From positions 11,472-75,471 of the forward strand of contig DLLD01000004.1 of assembly GCA_002476605.1 (NCBI GenBank): DNA of 64,000 nt, read 5' to 3'. The notes under the pieces are model-generated. The model did not search any database and was not told the origin of the DNA. It saw nothing but the letters and a program-made list of their open reading frames with translations. This stretch comes from Christensenella sp. UBA7571 (lineage in GTDB: Bacteria; Bacillota; Clostridia; Christensenellales; CAG-917). Below, piece after piece: positions 9,814-17,217 of the stretch. The position numbers and the translations under genes are program-made. The first letter of the stretch is position 1. Each line of letters begins with the position of its first letter.

Positions 9814-10465
9814 AACCAAAAAAGAAATGTTGCAAATGCTCAACGTTATGCTTGACGAGGATAAGCCTTATCCGCAAAGATTGGAAGCGTACGAGTATCT
9901 TATGGAAGACTGCGAGCCGGTTTTGGACGATATGATAAGCAAAATCTACACCCTCGAAGGCGAGACGGGCAAAATGCTTATGGAAGTTCTTGCCGAATAC
10001 AAGGGCAATAAAGCAATCTTTATGGGGCTCGTGAGCTATCTTTATAAGGGTGAAGACGTCGCGCTTTTTGCACGTCTTATTGGTGCGTACGGAGACGAGC
10101 AAGGCGTTGAAGTGCTCAAAACGTTCTGCGAAAATTACGAGCCGAATTACAACGAGTATATGGAACTTCGCAACGCGGTTGAGGAGCTCGGCGGAGATTT
10201 CGATTTAAAACAAGACTTTTCCGACGACCCGCTATATCGCTATCTCAAAGGACTTGACGAGGTGGACGAAGACAGTCGCAAATCACCTTTCGAGGACTAT
10301 TTCAACGGCACGCAAGAACATCACCACCACGATTGCGACTATGACGATTGTGAAGACGAAGATTGTGATTGTGACAGTGACGACGACTGCTATTGCGATG
10401 ACGAAGACTGTGACTGCCACGACCACGACTGTGACGACGACTGCGATTGTCACTGTCACGATTAA
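9800..10465 (+). CDS. Small helical protein with extreme Asp/Cys/His-rich C-terminal tail (putative metal-binding)
   Basis: ATG 9800 (MDDNKTKKEML...) follows GGAGAAGAAG and overlaps the upstream gene by 14 nt. The last ~48 residues are HHHHDCDYDDCEDEDCDCDSDDDCYCDDEDCDCHDHDCDDDCDCHCHD. Confidence 0.65.
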   Translation: MDDNKTKKEMLQMLNVMLDEDKPYPQRLEAYEYLMEDCEPVLDDMISKIYTLEGETGKMLMEVLAEYKGNKAIFMGLVSYLYKGEDVALFARLIGAYGDEQGVEVLKTFCENYEPNYNEYMELRNAVEELGGDFDLKQDFSDDPLYRYLKGLDEVDEDSRKSPFEDYFNGTQEHHHHDCDYDDCEDEDCDCDSDDDCYCDDEDCDCHDHDCDDDCDCHCHD

Positions 10466-10637
10466 AGCTTTTCGGAGACGGAACTTCGAGTCGCAAGGCG
10501 ACGAGCGGTGGAGTGCCGAACTTGACGGTTGTACAAGTGAACCGATAAGTGTTGTTCTTTTTATCGGTGAACGAGTGGCATAACGAGGGGACGATACCTT
10601 TCTATGTGAGTGCCGATTGTCTCCCCCGCGAGCGACA

Positions 10638-11783
10638 TTACTTTTGTAGAGAAATGTCCCTATACGAGTGGTGGGAGAAATGCCGGCGTGTCCGGAAAGA
10701 GGGGGTGCTTCGTTTATGGGAGTTATGCGTACGCTTCGTTTTGTGCGGGCGTTCCGCGTCAAAGCGGTTTAATTGCAAGCTATTATTAGCACGCTTTTGA
10801 GCGTGCTTTTCTTTTATCGTTTTGACAATAAAAATAATCAACTTGACGATAGCCAACGCCGTGAGAATAACGCCACACACGCTGTTGAAAGGGTAGAGAT
10901 TGTCAACGATATTGTCAAAGCCGAAGAAGCTCAACGGATAGGCGAGAATAAGGCACAAAAACACGATTGCGTATCTATGTTTGTCGTTGGAAAATTTGGC
11001 AAGTTTCTTGGTGCGGGACATCGCTTTTTGCACTCTGTCACTGACGATTTTTAGAGAGGATACGAGGGTGGTGAAGATTGCCGCAGCAATCAAAACCCCG
11101 CATACGGGTTTTAGGTGCAATTGTTCGGAAATTGCCAAAACGGGCATTAAACTGTCGTTTACGTCGGATAAAACTACCGTTTGGAGCATATACAACATTC
11201 CAAACATAAAACCGCATATCATAAGGCAAGAGAGCAAAATCTCTTTATAGGACAAGTTTTCACCCTCTTCCGATATGATAACTCCACCCAAAAGTACGTC
11301 AAGCCCGCTATACAAAATAGGTTTGGAAATCGCGAAGGGAAGAGAGTGCGAGGGCGTCGGAAGTTTTGCAAAAATAAGCGATATTGAAAGCACTATCATC
11401 GGCACGAGTACGGCGTTGAGTAGGCGTATTTTCTCTATGCCGAGCACGACGATTATTCCGCCGAGAATTGTCATCGCAAGTCCGAAAGCAAGCGGTATTC
11501 CCGTAAGCGATGACATTATATAATCACCGCCCGCAAGCATAGAACAAAGTGAAATGCTTGCCGCCGTAAATATACCGAGGTTTACGATTTTGCCTTTCGG
11601 CATAAGGTGATTTTTGCCCGCAACGAGGAAGAGCGCGCAAAGCAAAGACATAAAAACGGAGGAAATCGCAACGTTGAGAGGGGACGAGTCACCGAAAAAG
11701 AGCGCTATTTCTCTACCCGACGAAAACCCCGCACCGATTGCCGTGCCTATATATAATGCTGCCGTTTTGAATGATTTTTTCAC
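10638..11783 (-). CDS. YkvI-family membrane protein (putative transporter) with an atypical basic C-terminal tail
   Basis: The N-terminus MKKSFKTAALYIGTAIGAGFSSGREIALFF matches the YkvI-type GAGFxSGxE motif. About 10 hydrophobic segments. The last ~55 aa (KRANNSLQLNRFDAERPHKTKRTHNSHKRSTPSFRTRRHFSHH...) look like read-through into non-coding sequence. Confidence 0.72.
   Translation of the reverse strand: MKKSFKTAALYIGTAIGAGFSSGREIALFFGDSSPLNVAISSVFMSLLCALFLVAGKNHLMPKGKIVNLGIFTAASISLCSMLAGGDYIMSSLTGIPLAFGLAMTILGGIIVVLGIEKIRLLNAVLVPMIVLSISLIFAKLPTPSHSLPFAISKPILYSGLDVLLGGVIISEEGENLSYKEILLSCLMICGFMFGMLYMLQTVVLSDVNDSLMPVLAISEQLHLKPVCGVLIAAAIFTTLVSSLKIVSDRVQKAMSRTKKLAKFSNDKHRYAIVFLCLILAYPLSFFGFDNIVDNLYPFNSVCGVILTALAIVKLIIFIVKTIKEKHAQKRANNSLQLNRFDAERPHKTKRTHNSHKRSTPSFRTRRHFSHHSYRDISLQK
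10788..10816 (+). terminator. Plus-strand intrinsic terminator lying inside the 3' part of the minus-strand ykvI-like ORF
   Basis: AGCACGC-ttttga-GCGTGCT followed by TTTCTTTTAT. On the minus strand the stem is followed by AATAAT, so it is functional-looking on + only. Confidence 0.5.
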
Positions 11784-11937
11784 ACGAAAAACTTATGATT
11801 TTTGCGTAAAAATTATGCCAAAAACAAACAAAAAAATGCCCGCTTTCGAGCATTTTTGAAATGAGATTATTGGCATTTTGAAATTGATTTGATTTGCAAA
11901 CGAAAAATGCGAAATATTAACGGGATTTGTTATTATC

Positions 11938-13107
11938 CTATTCCTTTATCTTGGCAACGCCCGTTTTGATTGCAGCTTCTTTGACGGCTTTGGCAATGGC
12001 GGGGACGACGCGCTTGTCGAAAGGTTCGGGAATTATATGCGTTTCGTCGGGATTGTCGATGAGATTTGCAAGTGCTTCGTAAGCTGCGATTTGCATTTCA
12101 ACGTTTACGTCGGTGGCGCGTGCGTCGAGTGCTCCGCGGAAAATCCCCGGGAAGGCAAGTACGTTGTTGATTTGGTTTTGGAAGTCGCTTCTTCCCGTTG
12201 CGACTATTCTTGCGCCCGCTTGGAGTGCGTCCTCGGGCATAATCTCGGGGGAGGGATTTGCCATAGCAAAGACGATTGCATCTTTTGACATCGAGCGCAC
12301 CATATCTTGGGATATAGCGTCTTTTGCGCTTACGCCGATAACTGCGTCCGCGCCTTTAAGAGCGTCGGCAAGAGTGCCTTTGACAGCTCTGGGATTGGTG
12401 CGTTTTGCAAGGTCGCGTTGTGCCACGTTGAACGCGTCGCTATCTTGGATAACGCCAGCCTTGTCGCATACGATAAGGTCTTTTGCACCGAGCAAAAGCA
12501 AAAATTCGGCAATGGCAATGCCCGCGCTTCCCGCGCCGTTGATGACCAAACGAGCGGTTGATATATCTTTTTTGACAACTTTAAGTGCGTTTTTGAGCGC
12601 AGCCGCCAAAACTATTGCCGTACCGTGTTGGTCGTCGTGGAAGACGGGAATATCGCAAATTTCTTTTAGTCGTCTTTCCACTTCAAAGCAACGAGGGGCG
12701 GATATGTCTTCGAGATTTATTCCGCCGAAGCTTGAAGATATGTTGTAAATGGTTGATACGATTTCGTCCACGTTTTGAGTTTTGAGACAAATCGGAATTG
12801 CGTCTACGTCGGCAAATTTTTTGAACAAAACGCACTTGCCTTCCATAACGGGCATACCCGCTTCCGCGCCTATATTGCCAAGTCCCAAAATGGCAGAACC
12901 GTCCGTTATCACGGCAACGGTGTTCCATCTGCGTGTGAGCGAATAACTCAAATCTTTATTTTCCTTGATTGCGAGGCAAGGTGCGGCAACTCCCGGTGTG
13001 TAGGCAAGAGCCAAGTCTTGCTTGTTTTGCACTTTTGCGCGGGATACGACTTCGAGTTTGCCTTGCCACTCGAAATGCTTCTTCAAAGATTCTTCGGAAT
13101 AATTCAT
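11938..13107 (-). CDS. NAD(P)-dependent malic enzyme (short form)
   Basis: [33 protein letters not shown] and the [10 protein letters not shown] dinucleotide fold are typical malic-enzyme signatures. ATG 13107 (MNYSEE...) has GGAGA 8 nt upstream. The listed start 13119 is a TTG extension. Confidence 0.9.
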   Translation of the reverse strand: MNYSEESLKKHFEWQGKLEVVSRAKVQNKQDLALAYTPGVAAPCLAIKENKDLSYSLTRRWNTVAVITDGSAILGLGNIGAEAGMPVMEGKCVLFKKFADVDAIPICLKTQNVDEIVSTIYNISSSFGGINLEDISAPRCFEVERRLKEICDIPVFHDDQHGTAIVLAAALKNALKVVKKDISTARLVINGAGSAGIAIAEFLLLLGAKDLIVCDKAGVIQDSDAFNVAQRDLAKRTNPRAVKGTLADALKGADAVIGVSAKDAISQDMVRSMSKDAIVFAMANPSPEIMPEDALQAGARIVATGRSDFQNQINNVLAFPGIFRGALDARATDVNVEMQIAAYEALANLIDNPDETHIIPEPFDKRVVPAIAKAVKEAAIKTGVAKIKE

Positions 13108-13282
13108 AGTTGTCTCCAATGGCGTGGAATAGTGCCGACTGCATTGCGTGTCGCTATTTTGCGACTTGGGAATATAAACGGTTTACCGCATATGGCAGTC
13201 GGTGTATTGATAGGGGTTAACCTTTTATGGCAATAGTTTACACCATAGCGCAAATCTAGGCAAGGCAATATGTCATAATGTC

Positions 13283-13311
13283 TTGAATTTGAAAAGATTT
13301 TTGGATATAAT
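13283..13311 (+). promoter_or_regulatory. Sigma-70-type promoter (TTGAAT-17-TATAAT) directly abutting the fumarate hydratase start codon
   Basis: TTGAAT at 13283-13288, 17-nt spacer, TATAAT at 13306-13311. The ATG is at 13318, which is the expected +1 position. Confidence 0.45.
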
Positions 13312-13317
13312 CGGGGT

Positions 13318-14154
13318 ATGAAAACTATTCTTTACTCACAAATAGTGCAAGAGGTGCAAAAACTCACGAGCGCGTGCAGTCGTATTGACGGGGCGTGCCT
13401 CGATATGCTCAAAAACTCCGCAAAAAGCGAAAGCAACCCAAACGCGAAATTTGCGTTGGATATGCTCGTCAAAAACGCGGAAGTTGCCGAGCAAAACGGA
13501 TTGCCCGTGTGTCAAGATACGGGTATGGCGGTGTTTTTCGTAAAACTCGGTCAAGACGTGCATATAGAGGGCGGACTGCTCACCGACGCAATCGACGAGG
13601 GCGTGAGACGAGGCTACGCGCAAAACGGATATCGTGCAAGCGTGCTCGACCCGATTAGCAGAGTGAACACCAAAGACAATACCCCCGCAATCGTGCATAT
13701 CGAACTCGTGGGCGGTGAGAATATGGAAATCACCTTTTTGCCAAAAGGCTTCGGAAGCGAGAATATGTCGAGGCTTTTTATGCTCAAACCGTCGCAAGGC
13801 GTCGAGGGCGTGAAAGAGTGCATAGTCCGTGCTGTGAAAGAAGCGGGCGCAAATCCGTGCCCTCCGATTATCGTCGGAGTAGGCATAGGCGGAACTGCGG
13901 AAAAGGCAATGGAAGTGGCAAAAATGCAACTTTTGCGCGAAGTGGGCAAGCACAGCGACGATAGCGCGCTTGCGGATATGGAAAGGGACGTTCTTGACGA
14001 GATCAACGCTCTCGGCATAGGTGCGCAAGGCTTTGGCGGAGACAATACCGCCTTTGCGGTGCATATCGGCAAATATCCGACGCATATTGCCGCACTGCCC
14101 GTTGCCGTCAATATACAATGCAACGCAATGCGCATTGCAAAAGCGGTGCTGTGA
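13318..14154 (+). CDS. Class I (Fe-S) fumarate hydratase / tartrate dehydratase family, alpha subunit
   Basis: GLPVCQDTGMAVFFVKLG, NTPAIVHIE and VGVGIGGTAE are typical of the Fe-S hydro-lyase alpha (TtdA/FumA N-terminal) type. Confidence 0.88.
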   Translation: MKTILYSQIVQEVQKLTSACSRIDGACLDMLKNSAKSESNPNAKFALDMLVKNAEVAEQNGLPVCQDTGMAVFFVKLGQDVHIEGGLLTDAIDEGVRRGYAQNGYRASVLDPISRVNTKDNTPAIVHIELVGGENMEITFLPKGFGSENMSRLFMLKPSQGVEGVKECIVRAVKEAGANPCPPIIVGVGIGGTAEKAMEVAKMQLLREVGKHSDDSALADMERDVLDEINALGIGAQGFGGDNTAFAVHIGKYPTHIAALPVAVNIQCNAMRIAKAVL

Positions 14155-14161
14155 GGTGAAT

Positions 14162-14683
14162 ATGAGCGAGTATAGATTGAAAGTGCCGTTTGACAAAGAC
14201 GAAATAAAATCACTAGTGGCGGGGGATAGAGTTTACCTCACAGGCAAGATTTTGACGGGTAGAGACGCCGCGCATAAACGACTTTTCGAGTGCGTAAAAA
14301 ATGGTGAGGCGTTTCCCGTAGATTTGAAAGGTCAAGCGATATATTACGTTGGTCCGTGTAGAAAGGACGGCAAAATCGTTTCGGCAGGACCGACTACATC
14401 TATGCGTATGGACGCGTTTGCGCCCGCGCTTTACGACGAGGGCGTGCTTGCCACAATCGGCAAAGGTGATAGAAGCAAGGACGTGTACGACGCAATCGTG
14501 AGAAACGGCGGCGTATATCTTGCAAGCGTAGGCGGTGCGGGCGCACTGTACGCGCAGTGCATAAAGAGCGCAAAAGTGCTTGCTTACGAGGACTTGGGAA
14601 CGGAAGCTATATACGAGTTTGAGGTTGAAAATATGCCGTGCATCGTGGCAATAGATTGTTTGGGACAAACAATCTATAAGTGA
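14162..14683 (+). CDS. Class I fumarate hydratase / tartrate dehydratase family, beta subunit
   Basis: ATG 14162 (MSEYRLKVPF...) follows GGTGA. LTGKILTGRDAAHKRL, GPTTSMRMD and GKGDRS are typical of the beta (FumA C-terminal) type. It starts 7 nt after the alpha stop. Confidence 0.88.
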   Translation: MSEYRLKVPFDKDEIKSLVAGDRVYLTGKILTGRDAAHKRLFECVKNGEAFPVDLKGQAIYYVGPCRKDGKIVSAGPTTSMRMDAFAPALYDEGVLATIGKGDRSKDVYDAIVRNGGVYLASVGGAGALYAQCIKSAKVLAYEDLGTEAIYEFEVENMPCIVAIDCLGQTIYK

Positions 14684-14785
14684 TATTTTTGGCTTGCGCC
14701 AAAAGTGATATTCTCGCTACGCGAGAGTGATATTTGCGCGTTGCGCAAGTGATATTCGCACTGCGTGCGAGTTTTGGAATATTCC
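14680..14785 (-). repeat. Hairpin-heptamer array 1 (4 units) plus GGAATATTCC palindrome
   Basis: On the plus strand, GTGATATT starts at 14680, 14705, 14727 and 14749. Each is followed by a perfect small hairpin (ttttggc-ttgc-gccaaaa, tctcgc-tac-gcgaga, ttgcgc-gtt-gcgcaa, tcgcac-tgc-gtgcga). GGAATATTCC lies at 14776-14785. The first GTGATATT overlaps the TGA stop of the fumarate hydratase beta gene. Confidence 0.85.
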
Positions 14786-14800
14786 ATAAATTAAAAACAA

Positions 14801-14843
14801 AACGGCACTTTATTTGCATAAATTGCGCAAATAAAGTGCCGTT
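14801..14843 (-). terminator. Strong intrinsic terminator of the ribU-like gene
   Basis: A 17-bp perfect stem (AACGGCACTTTATTTGC / GCAAATAAAGTGCCGTT) with a 9-nt loop. On the minus strand it is followed by TTGTTTTTAA. Confidence 0.75.
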
Positions 14844-14874
14844 TGTGCTGTAATCGTTGAAATAAGTCTTGCGA

Positions 14875-15576
14875 TTAATCTTGGTTTTCTTGGGCGTCTG
14901 ACGGGGCGTTTTCTTGGATATTTTCGTCCGCTTCGGCTTCGGTAGGCTCGGTGTCGAAAGTGGCGTCGGAGGGCTCGACGGAGGTGGGGATAGAGGACGG
15001 TTTCTTGATTGCATCGACGATGGAAATAAACGTCTTGGGGCGTACCTTTTCAAGGCGCGCGGCGTATAGCGCAAGGCTTGCAATCAAGGTGGAAACTACC
15101 GCTTGAAGAACGTTCTTAGGCAAGGACGTAAGTGCGGACTCTATCGTGCCGTACATAAACGCTTTGCAGATGAAATATCCGCCCGCCATAAACAACGAGC
15201 AACCGAGGCAAGTGAGCACCGCAAACACGACTTTGAGTGCAAAGCGTTTTTTGTCGGGCGTTTCGACTTTGTCGTACCACTTGTAGATTGCTTGGAAAAC
15301 GAGACCCGCAACGAGACCTTCAACGGCTTTGATTACGAGCGTATAAAGCATAGTGGCGGGATAGGTGGTGAGGTCCGCCAAGAACGAGCCGAGTCCGCCC
15401 GCGATCATAGCGCTCAAAGGATTGAAGAGTGCACCGCAAATGAGAATTGCGCTGTCACCGATGTTGAAATTGAAGGCGGGGAACGGTATGCCGATAAGCG
15501 TGCATACGTAAACGATTGCCGTCATCATACCCGTGTAGGCGATGAATTTGATGGTGAAAACACTTTGTTTTTTCAT
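14875..15576 (-). CDS. ribU: ECF-transporter S component, riboflavin-type by riboswitch context, with acidic C-terminal tail
   Basis: Six hydrophobic segments and an S-component-like core (NIGDSAILICGALFNPLSAMIAGGLGSFLADL). An FMN riboswitch lies immediately upstream. The C-terminal ~45 aa are Pro/Glu/Asp-rich. The symbol is assigned from context, not from sequence identity. Confidence 0.72.
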   Translation of the reverse strand: MKKQSVFTIKFIAYTGMMTAIVYVCTLIGIPFPAFNFNIGDSAILICGALFNPLSAMIAGGLGSFLADLTTYPATMLYTLVIKAVEGLVAGLVFQAIYKWYDKVETPDKKRFALKVVFAVLTCLGCSLFMAGGYFICKAFMYGTIESALTSLPKNVLQAVVSTLIASLALYAARLEKVRPKTFISIVDAIKKPSSIPTSVEPSDATFDTEPTEAEADENIQENAPSDAQENQD

Positions 15577-15631
15577 AAAAAAATCTCCGTTTTTGGCGGA
15601 GAAGGATAAGTCGGCGCAATACGCCTTAAAA

Positions 15632-15758
15632 CTACTCCTTCCCAGTCTGACTTTACAGGCGGTTGCGGAATCTCACCGCATCGGCTGTTGGGGCTGTTGG
15701 ACTTGTCCGTTCAAGACGGCATTACCACCGGTTGGGATATACCCACCCAAAGAATAAT
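15632..15758 (-). promoter_or_regulatory. FMN riboswitch (RFN element)
   Basis: The minus strand reads TTCTTTGGGTGGGTATATCCCAACCGGTGGTAATGCCGTCTTGAACGGACAAGTCC...GATGCGGTGAGATTCCGCAACCGCCTGTAAAGTCAGACTGGGAAGGAG. This matches the conserved RFN blocks CCnACCGGCGGUA, GGUGnnAUUCC, CCGnCnGUnAAAGUCnG and GGGAAGGA. Downstream, the hairpin CTCCG-ccaaaaa-CGGAG plus a T-run contains the GGAG SD directly before the ATG at 15576. Confidence 0.82.
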
Positions 15759-15767
15759 TACAAGCAT

Positions 15768-15796
15768 ATTGTAGCGCGGTGCGGGCAACGTGTCAA
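15768..15796 (-). promoter_or_regulatory. Sigma-70-type promoter of the riboswitch-ribU unit
   Basis: On the minus strand: TTGACA (15796-15791), 17-nt spacer, TACAAT (15773-15768). This places +1 a few nt before the first riboswitch helix. Confidence 0.6.
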
Positions 15797-15875
15797 TGAC
15801 GAAATACGGAAAAATAATAGACAAAACGGCGAAAGTGTATGCTTGGAGTGGTATTTGCCTAGTGGCAAATTATAT

Positions 15876-15975
15876 TGCGACTTTGTCGCAGTGATATTCT
15901 CGCTATGCGAGAGTGATATTTTTTGCTTGTGCAAAAAGTGATATTTGCGCGTTGCGCAAGTTGTGGAGAATTTTA
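15876..15975 (-). repeat. Hairpin-heptamer array 2 (4 units) plus degenerate copy of the GGAATATTCCAC module
   Basis: On the plus strand: tgcgac-ttt-gtcgca, GTGATATT (15891), tctcgc-tat-gcgaga, GTGATATT (15913), ttttgc-ttgt-gcaaaa, GTGATATT (15938), ttgcgc-gtt-gcgcaa. Then GTTGTGGAGAATTTT, whose complement AAAATTCTCCACAAC resembles GGAATATTCCACAAC. Confidence 0.85.
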
Positions 15976-15984
15976 TATTTTGCA

Positions 15985-16012
15985 ATAAAAAACGCGCCGT
16001 AGCGCGTTTTGG
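15985..16012 (-). terminator. Intrinsic terminator of the DUF4364-like gene
   Basis: The minus strand reads AACGCGC-tacg-GCGCGTT followed by TTTTTTATT. Confidence 0.6.
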
Positions 16013-16021
16013 GCTTGTCGA

Positions 16022-16567
16022 TTATTCAAGCAAATTGTCGTAAATGATAGAATACGTCGTTGACGCCTTGTCAACCCAACTCTTGTAGAGATATTTGGCA
16101 AGTTGACGGTTGGCAACCACAAGTTTGAGTTCCATAAGAGTGGTGATATCGTTGTTGATGCGCATAATCACCGTGTACGTGCCGTCGGCATTTTTGGAAT
16201 AATCGCAAAAATACGATTGGCGTTTTTTGAAACGCATACGATTTTCACGAGCGTATTGCACGATTTCGTCACGGATAGAAGACGGAATACGAGTGAAGAA
16301 CAACGACAAGCAACTTACGCCGTCTTGGGTGATGTTGAGCATTTCGCTTTTTGGCACGCGATAGACGAGGTTGGCGTCGAGAAGCTCGGCAAGATATTGC
16401 TTGCACTCCATATACGAAAGCCAATTGTTGTCGGACGAGCAAATGTCCAAAAGGGTGGACTCGGCAAGCGGAATTGCCATTTTATCGAATACGAAAAGAA
16501 TAACAAGTTTTTGCACCTTGCTATCAAGCGGTTGATTCGAGCCGAAAGTGTCTTGAACGTATTCCAT
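16022..16567 (-). CDS. DUF4364-like protein
   Basis: ATG 16567 (MEYVQDTFG...) follows AGAGGGGA. Length of ~180 aa and the pattern KLVILFVFDKMAIPLAESTLLDI...YMECKQYLAELLDANLVY resemble the Clostridia DUF4364 family as I recall it. Confidence 0.6.
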   Translation of the reverse strand: MEYVQDTFGSNQPLDSKVQKLVILFVFDKMAIPLAESTLLDICSSDNNWLSYMECKQYLAELLDANLVYRVPKSEMLNITQDGVSCLSLFFTRIPSSIRDEIVQYARENRMRFKKRQSYFCDYSKNADGTYTVIMRINNDITTLMELKLVVANRQLAKYLYKSWVDKASTTYSIIYDNLLE

Positions 16568-16786
16568 ATCCCCTCTTGCGACAAGAATTGTCGTCAAATA
16601 AAAGCAATGCGGTTGCGTTTATCAATAGTACAACGAAAGATTGCCGTTTTCAAGTGTAAAAATAAAAATTTTGTCGAAATACAATTTATGGTATGCGGTG
16701 AAAGAAGCGGGCACAAGTGAGATGCGCCTACGGCTGAATTGCCACGTCGCAACGATGTTGCTCCTCGCAATGACATAAGGTGAAAT

Positions 16787-16960
16787 GGAATAATTTACAA
16801 CTGCGCCCAAGGCGCACAACCAAGCAAGCGATATAGCGAAACTGTGGCAAGATTTTTATCCAATTCATACCAAACAGACAATCTTGCGAAATCGCAAAAA
16901 GATTATTTATCTTTGCTTGAACTGATAGCAAAGATTGGCTGTGCGGTAGTAGTTGCGAGA
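16787..16960 (+). repeat. Intergenic module D, copy 1 (degenerate GGAATA-TT-ACA + TGCGCC hairpin + CAACCAAGCAAGCGATATAGCGAAACTGTGGC ... GGCTGTGCGGTAGTAG)
   Basis: Aligns by eye with 46849-46970. Shared blocks are the TGCGCC-nnn-GGCGCA hairpin, CCAAGCAAGCGATAT(A/G)GCGAAA(C/T)TGTGGC, GATAGC and G(C/T)TG(T/C)GCGGTAGTAG. Copy 1 carries an extra ~50 nt containing the hairpin ATCTTTGCT-tgaactgat-AGCAAAGAT. Confidence 0.7.
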
Positions 16961-17106
16961 ACAAATGCGGTTTATGGTAATAAATGCGCTTGTTGCCATC
17001 ACCGCAATGAAGTTTGAGCAACTGGTTGCGCGGTAGAAATTTCGAGGACAAATGCGGTGATCGGCAACAAATATCGTTTGTTGTCGTGACCGCAATGCCG
17101 TTTGAG
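16937..17106 (+). repeat. Tandem ~85-nt direct repeat (2 copies) immediately upstream of the giant-protein promoter
   Basis: Copy 1 is ~16937-17020 (GGCTGTGCGGTAGTAGTTGCGAGAACAAATGCGGT...CACCGCAATGAAGTTTGAG). Copy 2 is ~17024-17106 (GGTTGCGCGGTAGAAATTTCGAGGACAAATGCGGT...GACCGCAATGCCGTTTGAG). Roughly three quarters of positions are identical by eye. Confidence 0.75.
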
Positions 17107-17115
17107 AAATATGTA

Positions 17116-17144
17116 TTGACATTTATATCGTTTTTGTGTAATAT
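17116..17144 (+). promoter_or_regulatory. Sigma-70-type promoter of the giant surface-protein gene
   Basis: TTGACA (17116-17121), 17-nt spacer ending in TGTG, TAATAT (17139-17144), about 75 nt upstream of the ATG. Confidence 0.55.
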
Positions 17145-17217
17145 TGTAATGTATAAAAATTTGCGTATGTGCGCGAGCGCGTATATACGCATAACACCAA
17201 AACCCGAGGTGGAAATT

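Noticed and set aside
10466-10816. tmRNA, RNase P RNA, SRP RNA or 6S RNA in the GC-rich segment between the convergent genes.
   Set aside because: I could not find the diagnostic blocks on either strand. Those blocks are GGAAAGTCC / ACAGAA..GGCTTA for RNase P, the GGATTCGAC 5' end plus T-arm plus CCACCA 3' end for tmRNA, and GGUCCGGAAGGAAGCAGC for SRP. GTCCGGAAAGAGG resembles the SRP tetraloop region only superficially and lacks the closing pairs. The segment is kept only as an unassigned candidate.
14680-14770. Whether the hairpin-heptamer arrays are CRISPR arrays.
   Set aside because: The conserved part is only 7-8 nt. The 'spacers' are 14-17-nt perfect palindromes drawn from a small recurring set. 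The period is 22 nt, and no cas genes or leader are present. None of this fits CRISPR.
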